This document shows positions 40,440 to 48,909 of a stretch of DNA of 64,000 nt, in pieces. The position numbers and the translations under genes were made by a program. This stretch comes from Candidatus Dojkabacteria bacterium. Its GTDB lineage: Bacteria; Patescibacteriota; Dojkabacteria; SC72. Positions within the stretch are counted from its first letter, which is position 1. Every line of letters starts with the position of its first letter. A model generated the notes under the pieces. It saw nothing but the letters and a program-made list of their open reading frames with translations, did no database searches and had not been told where the DNA came from. The stretch covers positions 17,410-81,409 of the forward strand of contig JAXGOY010000002.1 in the NCBI GenBank assembly GCA_040767225.1, in the 5' to 3' direction.

Positions 40440-41201
40440 ATATCTGAAAGTGTATCCTTCCATTGTTGAGTTGCCACACTTCAGGTGGTAGAATTCACCA
40501 TTAATTTAATTCTATTTTAATGTCAATAGAATTTGATTCAAAAGGAGATACAACCTATCAAGAAATAACTAACGATATAAAAGAGAATGGATACTATTCT
40601 CTACCTGCAGGATCTGTTATAGATGTTAAAATCACTACGGGAAACCAACAGAGATTCCCATTCTTGACATAAATAAAAATCAGACAGGAAAGATCGCAGA
40701 AAGTTATGATGATATTGATACCAAACAACTTAACCAGTTCCAAATAAGACAAGAATTGATGCTGGGGAGTGTTGTATCACATGATTTCCTAACAGGAGAA
40801 ACAGAACTTACGATTACTTCTCCAGAACTTGTTGATTTTGAAAAGAGGAGAAACGAATGGTATGCTAATTTAGCAAAAAGATATAAAATTTCAGATGATT
40901 ATATTGACGAAGAGCATGGGGAGAAAAATACTGGTCCTGTAGATATATCTTTATATATTAAGGATTATCCTAAAATAGCAGATGAAATACTTAGGAAGAG
41001 AGGTCTACAATAGAAAGAGATAGATTGCAGAGAGAAGCTGAAATTGAGTTTATAAAAACTTATGGGATCTCAATACCAGAAGATAAAACTCTGTTAAGAG
41101 TTTCTGCTATTATTAAAAGCTAAGTAATAAACAAAGGTAATTTAGATAGAAAGTAAGAAGTTTTAGACCTATTTCTATTTTAAGCTCATATCTGAAAGTG
41201 T
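40440..41201. repeat. 14-bp direct repeat ATATCTGAAAGTGT at 40440-40453 and 41188-41201
   Basis: Exact match seen; second copy lies 6 nt from the tRNA-Ser(GGA) 3' end. Confidence 0.6.
40520..41013 (+). pseudogene. Hypothetical gene with one frameshift near 40636
   Basis: MSIEFDSKGDTTYQ..KITT then shifted frame GKPTEIPILDINKNQTGKIAESYDD..ELMLGSVV, continuous with ORF 40756-41013. Confidence 0.5.
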
Positions 41202-41207
41202 TGTCAA

Positions 41208-41294
41208 CGGAGAGAGTGGGATTCGAACCCACGGTACGATTTCTCATACGCACGCTCTCCAAGCGTGTCCTTTCGACCGCTCAGGCATCTCTCC
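41208..41294 (-). tRNA. tRNA-Ser (GGA)
   Basis: Reverse complement GGAGAGATGCCTGAGCGGTCGAAAGGA-CACGC-TTGGAGA-GCGTG, variable arm, GTGGG-TTCGAAT-CCCAC-TCTCTCC-G. Confidence 0.93.
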
Positions 41295-41371
41295 TGGTGT
41301 ACCCGGCCGGAATCGAACCGGCAACCTACTGCTTAGAAGGCAATTGCTCTATCCGATTGAGCTACGGGTAC
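41295..41371 (-). tRNA. tRNA-Arg (TCT)
   Basis: Reverse complement GTACCCGTAGCTCAATCGGATAGAGCA-ATTGC-CTTCTAA-GCAGT-AGGTT-GCCGG-TTCGATT-CCGGC-CGGGTAC-ACCA. Confidence 0.93.
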
Positions 41372-41414
41372 ATAAACATCGTATTCTATCAATATTTTTG
41401 ATTAAAATAAAGGA

Positions 41415-43292
41415 TTAATCCCCCTCCTGAGTAACCTCTACCTCTTTAATTTCTATTAACACACCCCCCTTTCTATCAGGAAATCTCTTTAAGAATGTAG
41501 GATATTTCTCAGGATAAAATACAGCATCAGGCTTCTTCTCTCCAAACTGTAAACTACTTAAATACTCAATACCCTCTTTCCATCCCATACCCATTAAATC
41601 TTGTGCAATCTTATCTTTATTTACCTTAGGTTTAACAGTAGTACTAGCAATAATCTTAATCTTAACTACATCCTTTTTAGCCTCAACAACAGATATATCG
41701 ATTTTAATATCATCATTAAGCTCTAAATCAAGATCATTCTCACTATCAAACAACTTCTCATCCTCAGCCTTCTTCTTAAGAAGCTCTTTTACCTTATCGT
41801 TAAGATTGTGCTTATTGTAATATGTTGCAGAACCCTTTACAGTAAGATCTAAATTAACATCAATTGCCTCCTCCCCCACCTTTTTATCTGTTTTAATACT
41901 TGTTTTATCAACAGCACTAAGTATAGTATCCTCTATAATTACCCAATCACCAGATACCTCTCTTAACTCTGACTTTATTTCCTCAATTGCAGTAGAACTT
42001 AACTCCTCTACCCCCTTATCTATATCTCCCTGTGAAAGAACAGGATATTCATCCTTAGTACCTCCTGAAATAAGGGTAGTATTTTTACCAAAGATTTCTG
42101 TATGCCCTTGTATTGTAAAGCTTTTATTTAAGGTTGATATATTATATTCTCGGCCAAAGTTAGTTGCTATAATAGAGGCCTCTTTTCCTGACAAAGCCTC
42201 ATCACACTTTATAGTAACTCCATCTTTTAATTCATATACCAATGTTTTACCATCAATTGTTGTGGATAAAGTATGGCCAGCCTCAAGTGTAATCGGTTGT
42301 GTTTCTTCTGTGCAATCTTCTGAGAAAAATATATTTATCTTCCCCTCTGCCTTTTCTCCTTTGTATGCCTTTCCTGTTGCAGTAATAGTGGTAGATAGAC
42401 TCTTACTCTTCTCTTCTGTTTTAATTGGTATCTTAGAATTTTCAAAATCTATCTCCTCTATATTCTTGTCTCCTGATAATACTGTTTCAATTTTAACAGG
42501 CTTTGACTCAACAAATATTTTTACTTTTACAAATGTAGCAAAATGATTGTAAAGAATCCCACCTATTATTAATAAAGCAAAGAGAGGAATGACAACCCTT
42601 AAGAAAGTTTTTGATATTTTCTTTTTACCAGTAGTAGTAATAACATCTTTATTTTGTTTAAAAGGTGGTTTAAATTTAAAGAATTTTGGTCTTACTTTTT
42701 TAGATTCACTCTGAATACTTTCAGTAACTACATCTTTTTCTATTTTAGGAATATCTTGGTCAATTGAAATAAAGGGAGAGGGAGTTTTAAGACCCCTCCT
42801 ATCCACATATTGACTCATACTATCTTCTTTTGGAGGTTCAGTTTTTTTAACTTCTTCTTCACTTGCCTTTTCTATAACACTTTCCACTTTTTCTTCAAAA
42901 GCTTTACTTTCACTTTCTTTAATAGCAGAAATGTTTTTTAAAGTTTTCTTTCTTTCAAGCTGTTCTTTTTTCTTTTTTTCTAACATTTCAGCTGCCTCTT
43001 CCCAATCCTCAGGTGTAGGATTAGATGGGGTATCTATTGCTTTAATTCCTGCCAAAAGAGAGTTCCTAATACCTGTTGGATTCTGAATTATTTGAGTTAT
43101 GAGGAGTTTTCCCTCTCTTTCTGCTGTTTCATTTAAGACTTTTAGATTAATAGGGCTTATTAAAATATCTGAGTGTTCTGTAAATGTAAGAATTATTCTT
43201 TCTGCATTGCTTTTATGAATAGCTCTGACTAAATCAGTTAGCTCATGAGATGGTTCTACTACTATTTTTTCTATAATTGTATTGTCTTCCAT
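41415..43292 (-). CDS. Single-TM protein of the CPR family often labelled 'baseplate J/gp47-like'
   Basis: N-domain (SPINLKVL..AEREGK), TM, ATGK...GEKAEG.I, A..FGREYNI, ISGGT...VLSQGDID, PTFLKRFP. Confidence 0.65.
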   Translation of the reverse strand: MEDNTIIEKIVVEPSHELTDLVRAIHKSNAERIILTFTEHSDILISPINLKVLNETAEREGKLLITQIIQNPTGIRNSLLAGIKAIDTPSNPTPEDWEEAAEMLEKKKKEQLERKKTLKNISAIKESESKAFEEKVESVIEKASEEEVKKTEPPKEDSMSQYVDRRGLKTPSPFISIDQDIPKIEKDVVTESIQSESKKVRPKFFKFKPPFKQNKDVITTTGKKKISKTFLRVVIPLFALLIIGGILYNHFATFVKVKIFVESKPVKIETVLSGDKNIEEIDFENSKIPIKTEEKSKSLSTTITATGKAYKGEKAEGKINIFFSEDCTEETQPITLEAGHTLSTTIDGKTLVYELKDGVTIKCDEALSGKEASIIATNFGREYNISTLNKSFTIQGHTEIFGKNTTLISGGTKDEYPVLSQGDIDKGVEELSSTAIEEIKSELREVSGDWVIIEDTILSAVDKTSIKTDKKVGEEAIDVNLDLTVKGSATYYNKHNLNDKVKELLKKKAEDEKLFDSENDLDLELNDDIKIDISVVEAKKDVVKIKIIASTTVKPKVNKDKIAQDLMGMGWKEGIEYLSSLQFGEKKPDAVFYPEKYPTFLKRFPDRKGGVLIEIKEVEVTQEGD

Positions 43293-43293
43293 A

Positions 43294-44550
43294 TTATGCT
43301 TCCCAATTTATATTTTTAGTTTTCCTGTCCATTTCCATATCATACAGGAATTTCGCAAGTGAGGCAGGAGTTATATCATATATATATTGTAAATCTCCAC
43401 TATTATCAGTTACAGATCCGAGTAAATCAGGTGTAAACATCTCTATCTTTGGTACAACTGCAATAGGGAGATATCTTTTCCAAGGAAACTCCATTAATGC
43501 ACTTTTAATATCAGGAAGAAGTGCACCGCCTCCACAAAGATATATTTGTGTAGGGAGTGGTCCTGTATCTTCACAGCTTTCAAGAGCAGCTTTTAATGTC
43601 CTCATCCATAGTGTTGCTGTTGTGTACATGGTCTTTTGAACCTGCCTCATTACTTCTTTAGGTAATTCTTTTTGTGAGTATTTTATCTTTCTTAACTCTG
43701 CATGCCTAAAATCAGAATCAGTCAATCTTGCTAATTCTTTTGTAAATACTCTTCCTCCAAATGCAAACATCTGTGTATCTGCAACATTCCCATTCTTAAC
43801 AATTGCTACATCAGTAGTTCCTCCTCCTACATCAAGGAATATTGCTGAGAAATTTGTATTTCTTCCTCCTGAGTGAGCTCTTGCAACTGCAAATGGTTGA
43901 GATACAATACCAAGCACTTCAAAATTAAGAGAGGAAGCAACTTTTCTAAGAGCTTCTGTATATGTTCTTGGAGCAAAAGATGCATAAAAGTTAAGCTTTA
44001 CATTTCTTCCTTTATATCCAACAAGAGAGTTAACAGGCATTCCTCCTATTTCCATCCCTGTTGGTGTTATATGTAGTATCTCTATATCATCATTTTTAAG
44101 ACCTGTTCTTAAACTTAGGTCATCTTTACCTGTTACTGCAATTTGAGATTTTACCTCCTTTATTATTTTCTCCTGCTCTTTTTGTGTTACCTCTTTTTCA
44201 AAATGCTGCTCTCTTTCATAATTAACAACTATTGATACTCCTTGTACATACTCTCCTGCTATACCCATCATTACATATCTTGGGAATTCTTCTGGTTTAA
44301 GATTTGCAAGCAGCTCGTTAATTGAAAGTTTACAGTTCTCAAGAACTGTATCTAAGTTTGTAATTATTCCACTCCTCATTGCATGTTGTTGCTGTTGTAT
44401 TCGTGATACTTTATTTACAGTAACACCATAATCATTCATAGTAAACAGGATGCTTTTTATTGTTTCTGTCCCTATATCAAGTGCAACAATTGGAGTATTT
44501 CCATCAAGAAGGGATTTTCCTAGTGATTTTTTTAATGGCAGTTTTATCAT
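43294..44550 (-). CDS. FtsA-like actin-fold ATPase
   Basis: ALDIGTETIK, FLDVGGGTTDVAI, FGGRVFT..AELRKI, IYLCGGGALLP. Confidence 0.85.
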   Translation of the reverse strand: MIKLPLKKSLGKSLLDGNTPIVALDIGTETIKSILFTMNDYGVTVNKVSRIQQQQHAMRSGIITNLDTVLENCKLSINELLANLKPEEFPRYVMMGIAGEYVQGVSIVVNYEREQHFEKEVTQKEQEKIIKEVKSQIAVTGKDDLSLRTGLKNDDIEILHITPTGMEIGGMPVNSLVGYKGRNVKLNFYASFAPRTYTEALRKVASSLNFEVLGIVSQPFAVARAHSGGRNTNFSAIFLDVGGGTTDVAIVKNGNVADTQMFAFGGRVFTKELARLTDSDFRHAELRKIKYSQKELPKEVMRQVQKTMYTTATLWMRTLKAALESCEDTGPLPTQIYLCGGGALLPDIKSALMEFPWKRYLPIAVVPKIEMFTPDLLGSVTDNSGDLQYIYDITPASLAKFLYDMEMDRKTKNINWEA

Positions 44551-44581
44551 ACTTTCTAATTATATCATCAATGCCTATTAA

Positions 44582-46276
44582 TTATACAACAACAATTTGG
44601 ATAATAGGCTCTCTCTCTGTTTTCTTGTATATATATTTGCCAATTTCTTTCTCCATTAAAGATTTAAGTTCACTGTAATCATAGTTGTTGTTTTTCTTAG
44701 AAATGTTCATCCAATCTCTGTGTATATCATATATTATGGTTTTGATTTCTTTAAGAAGCTCTTGAGATTTTTTCATATATATGAATCCTCTAGATACAAA
44801 CTGAGGTTTACCCATTAATCTGTGAGTATTTGCACTTAGGTTGATAACAATTATAAACATACCATACTCTGAAAGCTGTTTTCTGTCTTTTAGAACTATC
44901 TCTCCTGTATCACCTACACCAAGACCATCTATTAAGATAGGCTTGGATTCTACTGAACCATTTTTGTACCAATGTTTTCCGTTAAATGCCCATACTACAC
45001 CATCATCTGTAAGTAAGACATCTTCTTCTTTCATCCCCCATGATATATAGTTCTTTTTATTAAAATACCTAAAAGTAAGAGGACCATGTATTGGCATTAC
45101 AACCTTGGGTTGAATTAAGTCATACATTATTTTCATATCCTCTTGATTCCCATGTCCTGTTGAATGTATTTTTACCTCAATTGTATCTTTAATTAAGTCA
45201 GCACCGAGAGCAATTAGTCTGTCAGTCATTTTTTCAATAGCAGATATATTCTCAGGAATTTCAGATGAAGACATTATTACCAAATCTCCCTTTTTAATCT
45301 TAATATATTTATGTTCATTTAAAGATATTCTGTTTAATGAAGAGAATCTCTCTCCTTGGCTTCCTGTACAAAGAATGAGAAGCTGGTTATCACTATACTT
45401 TTGGATATCTTTTTCTTTAATTACAAGACCTTCTGGAATTTTGATATATCCCTGTTTGGTTGCAATTGATATTGTTTCTTGTAAGCTTCTTCCGGATATT
45501 ACAATTTTTCTGTTTGTCTTCTTCGCTATTTCAAACAAAGCATAAAGTCTTGTTAAAAGAGAAGAGAATGCAGCAACAATTACTCTTCCATTTGCATCTT
45601 TAATAATATTTTCAAGATTAGCAAATATTTCTGTTTCAGAAGGAGCCTTTCCTGTCTTTGATGCATTAGTACTTTCCATTAATGCAAGATCTATTCTTCC
45701 TCTTAATGACCTTAATTTCTCATAATCTGCCTCAAGCTCATTTGTAGGTTGTGTATCTATTTTATAATCCCCAGAGAAAAATACATTTCCTTTGGGAGTT
45801 TCAACAAATATTGAGAAAGCATCAGGAATACTATGATTAATCCCTATAAATGTAACCCTAAAATTCTTTCCAATATTTATTGTGGTATGCCTATCTACCC
45901 CATAAATTTTTGTTTTGTTCTTTAATCCCTCTTCTTCTAATTTATGCTCTATCAAGGCCTTAGCAAAAGAGCCAGCATATATTGGAGGGAAATCTAATTC
46001 TGGTAGCATCCATTTTAGAGCACCTGTGTGATCTAAATGTCCATGAGTTATTAATATCGCTTTTACCTTTTTTTTGTTTTTCTTTAAATATCTAAGATTA
46101 GGTATTAAGTAATCTACCCCATACATTTCTAACCCAGGAAATGAGTATCCTGCATCAACTACAACTATCTCATTATTAACTTCAATGAAGTTACAATTTC
46201 TCCCTATCTCTGTAGTTCCTGATAGTGTACATACTTTGAGATTTTGATTTTTAAATTTGTTTTGTTTTGTTTCCAT
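44582..46276 (-). CDS. rnj: Ribonuclease J
   Basis: EIGRN, THGHLDHTG, HSIPD, GDYKID, MESTN, TGSQGE, HSTGHG, PIHG. Confidence 0.95.
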   Translation of the reverse strand: METKQNKFKNQNLKVCTLSGTTEIGRNCNFIEVNNEIVVVDAGYSFPGLEMYGVDYLIPNLRYLKKNKKKVKAILITHGHLDHTGALKWMLPELDFPPIYAGSFAKALIEHKLEEEGLKNKTKIYGVDRHTTINIGKNFRVTFIGINHSIPDAFSIFVETPKGNVFFSGDYKIDTQPTNELEADYEKLRSLRGRIDLALMESTNASKTGKAPSETEIFANLENIIKDANGRVIVAAFSSLLTRLYALFEIAKKTNRKIVISGRSLQETISIATKQGYIKIPEGLVIKEKDIQKYSDNQLLILCTGSQGERFSSLNRISLNEHKYIKIKKGDLVIMSSSEIPENISAIEKMTDRLIALGADLIKDTIEVKIHSTGHGNQEDMKIMYDLIQPKVVMPIHGPLTFRYFNKKNYISWGMKEEDVLLTDDGVVWAFNGKHWYKNGSVESKPILIDGLGVGDTGEIVLKDRKQLSEYGMFIIVINLSANTHRLMGKPQFVSRGFIYMKKSQELLKEIKTIIYDIHRDWMNISKKNNNYDYSELKSLMEKEIGKYIYKKTEREPIIQIVVV

Positions 46277-46359
46277 AATCTCTCATTATACCAGAATACA
46301 TGTAAATTAGATTAAAAGTATGTAAAATTAATAATGGCTGGTATAATACATCAAGAAAA

Positions 46360-48597
46360 ATGAAGGACGATATTTCAAAAACATTTCAACAGGAAGAAAG
46401 AGACATATATTCTCTTTGGGAAAGTTCTGGTTTGTTTAATCCTGATAATATGGAGAAATTCTTAAAAGAGAAGAAGGTTGAAGTAAAGAAACCTTTCACA
46501 ATTTCTCTTCCTCCTCCTAATGCTAATGGTAATTTACATCTTGGGCATATGTGTGGTTACTCTTTTCATGATGCAATAGGGAGATATATGAGAATGACAG
46601 GTCATCCTACACTTCTTCTGCCTGGGAAAGACCATGCAGGTATCCAAACTGAAACTGCATTTAGTGCAGAGCTGGAAAGGCGAGGAGAGAGTAAATGGGA
46701 GATGGGAAGGGAAGAATTCTTTAAACAGTGTTATGACTTTTGTATGAAGAATGCATCTAATGCAAGGGAGCAGGAGAAAAATATTGGGCTTAGTGCCGAT
46801 TACAGTAGAGAATTTTTTACATTAGATCCAAGACTTACAAAGGTTGTATATGAGACTTTTGAGATGCTGTTTAAGGGTGGATTGGTATACAGAGATAAAA
46901 GGATTGTAAATGTTTGTCCTAATTGTAAGACTGCATTAGCAGATATTGATACAGAGCATGAAGAAAGAAGAGGAATATTTGCGTTTATTAAATACCCTGT
47001 TGTTGGAAGCAGGGGTGAATATATTATAGTTGCAACTACAAGACCTGAAACAATGCTTGGGGATAGTGCTGTTGCAGTAAATCCTAAGGATGAGAGATAC
47101 AAAAAACATATTGGTAAAAAGGTTTTGCTCCCTATTCAAAACAAAGAAATTCCAGTTATTGCAGATGAAAGTGTTGATATGGAAGTAGGTACTGGTGCAG
47201 TTAAAGTAACCCCTGCTCACTCCCCAGTTGATTTTGATTTAGGTAAAAAACATGGTCTTGAAATTGTCAATGTTATTGATGAAAACGGAAAGATGACAGG
47301 AGATATTCCTGAGAAATACAAAGGAATGCACACTATTACTTGCTCAAAACAGCTTTGTGAAGATTTGGACAAACTGGGCCTGCTTGAAGATATTCAAAAC
47401 ATTAAACATGATGTAGCGATATGTGAGAGATGTGGTACTCCTGTTGAACCAATAATCTCAAATCAGTGGTTTGTTAATGTAGATAATTTAGCAGAAAAAG
47501 CACTTGGAGCACTTGAAAATGGTGATGTTAGGGTAATTCCTCATGGTCAACAGAAAGCATTAGAGTTTTTCTTTGAGAATATTAAGCCATGGTGTATTTC
47601 AAGGCAGTTATGGTGGGGGCAAAGAATTCCTGTATGGTACAGTGGAGGTAAAAAGCTTTATGATTGGTTAAATGAAAACAAAGGAAAGACGGTTAAGGAT
47701 TTTGAGAAAGAGTTTAATGTTAAGGTAAAAGGTGATGGGAGCATATATATTGGAGAGAAGCCACCTAAAACAGAAGGTGAATGGGAAGCTGAAACTGATG
47801 TCTTTGATACTTGGTTTAGTTCTGGTCAATGGCCGTTTTCTACTCTAGGAGGGCCTGATGGAGAGGATTTTAAGAAATACTATCCTACACAAACAATGAT
47901 TCATGCAAGAGATATTCTTTTTTGGTGGTCTGCTAGAATGCTTATGCTTGGAATATACAGAACAGGGCAGGTCCCTTTTAATACAATTTTTTTAACAGGA
48001 ATGATTTTAGCTTCTGATGGTTCAAAGATGTCAAAAAGTAAAGGGAATGGTGTTGAGCCTCAAGAGGTTTTCGATAAATATGGGGCTGATGCTCTTAGAC
48101 TTTGGTATTATTCTGATGCTCTTCCTGGTTCTAATGCTCCTTTAAGGGAAGAAAAGATAAAAGGAAACAGAAATTTTGTTAACAAGATATGGAATGCAAG
48201 TAGGTTTATAATCTTAAATATTGATGAGAGTGAGATAGGGAAAGTTGCTAATTTTAAGGTAGATATGAAGCTTGAAAGAGTAAAACAAACAGAGGCACAT
48301 ATACAAAAGGTAAGCAAGTACATTGAGAAATATCAGTTTAATCTTGGTGCAGAGGCTATAAGGGAGTTCTTCTGGCATCAGCTTTGTGATATATGGATAG
48401 AAGAAGTAAAAAAAGAGATTAAAGATGAGAGTATTGGTTCTGAGAAGAGGATTGAGAAGCTTTCAGAGCTTTTATACATTTTAAAAAGAAATTTGATAAT
48501 TATGCATCCTTTTGTTCCTTTTGTTACAGAGTCTGTATGGCAGGAGTTAGTGAAGTTACATCTTGCAGATGGGCTTTTAATGAGTCAACAGATATAA
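46360..48597 (+). CDS. valS: Valine--tRNA ligase (no C-terminal coiled-coil arm)
   Basis: PPPNANGNLHLGH, DHAGIQT, ATTRPET, GTGAVKVTPAH, WCISRQLWWG, DTWFSS, KMSKSKGN. Confidence 0.95.
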   Translation: MKDDISKTFQQEERDIYSLWESSGLFNPDNMEKFLKEKKVEVKKPFTISLPPPNANGNLHLGHMCGYSFHDAIGRYMRMTGHPTLLLPGKDHAGIQTETAFSAELERRGESKWEMGREEFFKQCYDFCMKNASNAREQEKNIGLSADYSREFFTLDPRLTKVVYETFEMLFKGGLVYRDKRIVNVCPNCKTALADIDTEHEERRGIFAFIKYPVVGSRGEYIIVATTRPETMLGDSAVAVNPKDERYKKHIGKKVLLPIQNKEIPVIADESVDMEVGTGAVKVTPAHSPVDFDLGKKHGLEIVNVIDENGKMTGDIPEKYKGMHTITCSKQLCEDLDKLGLLEDIQNIKHDVAICERCGTPVEPIISNQWFVNVDNLAEKALGALENGDVRVIPHGQQKALEFFFENIKPWCISRQLWWGQRIPVWYSGGKKLYDWLNENKGKTVKDFEKEFNVKVKGDGSIYIGEKPPKTEGEWEAETDVFDTWFSSGQWPFSTLGGPDGEDFKKYYPTQTMIHARDILFWWSARMLMLGIYRTGQVPFNTIFLTGMILASDGSKMSKSKGNGVEPQEVFDKYGADALRLWYYSDALPGSNAPLREEKIKGNRNFVNKIWNASRFIILNIDESEIGKVANFKVDMKLERVKQTEAHIQKVSKYIEKYQFNLGAEAIREFFWHQLCDIWIEEVKKEIKDESIGSEKRIEKLSELLYILKRNLIIMHPFVPFVTESVWQELVKLHLADGLLMSQQI

Positions 48598-48602
48598 ATA
48601 TT

Positions 48603-48872
48603 TCAAAGGAAGGAAGATGGAGAGAGTCAACGATAGAAATCGTAAATATTAATATAAAGAAACAATTATTAATATTTATAGACTCTCTCCATTGGGAAAG
48701 CATCAAAATACTAATGCTTTCTAGAGAATGGATCACCCCCTTTCCCTTTCTGTCTTACGATATTAAACATTGGTTTCTGTTTTTTCTTTTCCTCCTCCTT
48801 GGAAGAAATAGTTGTTAACTTTCCCCCTTTAAGACAGCGAAAATTCAAGGATTTGGTCATATTCCACCTCCA
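48603..48872 (-). ncRNA. Candidate structured RNA (or structured small mRNA) with complement to the 16S rRNA 3' end
   Basis: Extended -10 TGATATAAT at 48878-48886; stems ATGGAGAGAGTC/GACTCTCTCCAT, TAAATATTAAT/ATTAATATTTA, GAAAGCATTA/TGATGCTTTC, CTGTCTTA/TAAGACAG; AAAGGGGGTGATCCA at 48729-48743. Confidence 0.55.
48711..48860 (-). CDS. Putative 49-aa small protein MTKSLNFRCLKGGKLTTISSKEEEKKKQKPMFNIVRQKGKGGDPFSRKH
   Basis: Strong SD GGAGGTG immediately upstream of ATG; below ORF-track size cutoff. Confidence 0.4.
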   Translation of the reverse strand: MTKSLNFRCLKGGKLTTISSKEEEKKKQKPMFNIVRQKGKGGDPFSRKH

Positions 48873-48909
48873 CTCTCATTATATCAAAAAACCTTTGAAA
48901 ATGCAGTAT

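Noticed and set aside
48729-48743. 16S rRNA fragment
   Set aside because: Only the terminal 15 nt match; no upstream helix 44/45 sequence, so not an rRNA gene or remnant
48603-48872. T-box riboswitch, RNase P RNA, SRP RNA or plain bidirectional terminator
   Set aside because: Lies downstream of both synthetases; lacks the T-box UGGNACC, RNase P GAGGAAAGUCC and SRP loop signatures; far larger and more branched than a terminator, though a terminator role for part of it is not excluded
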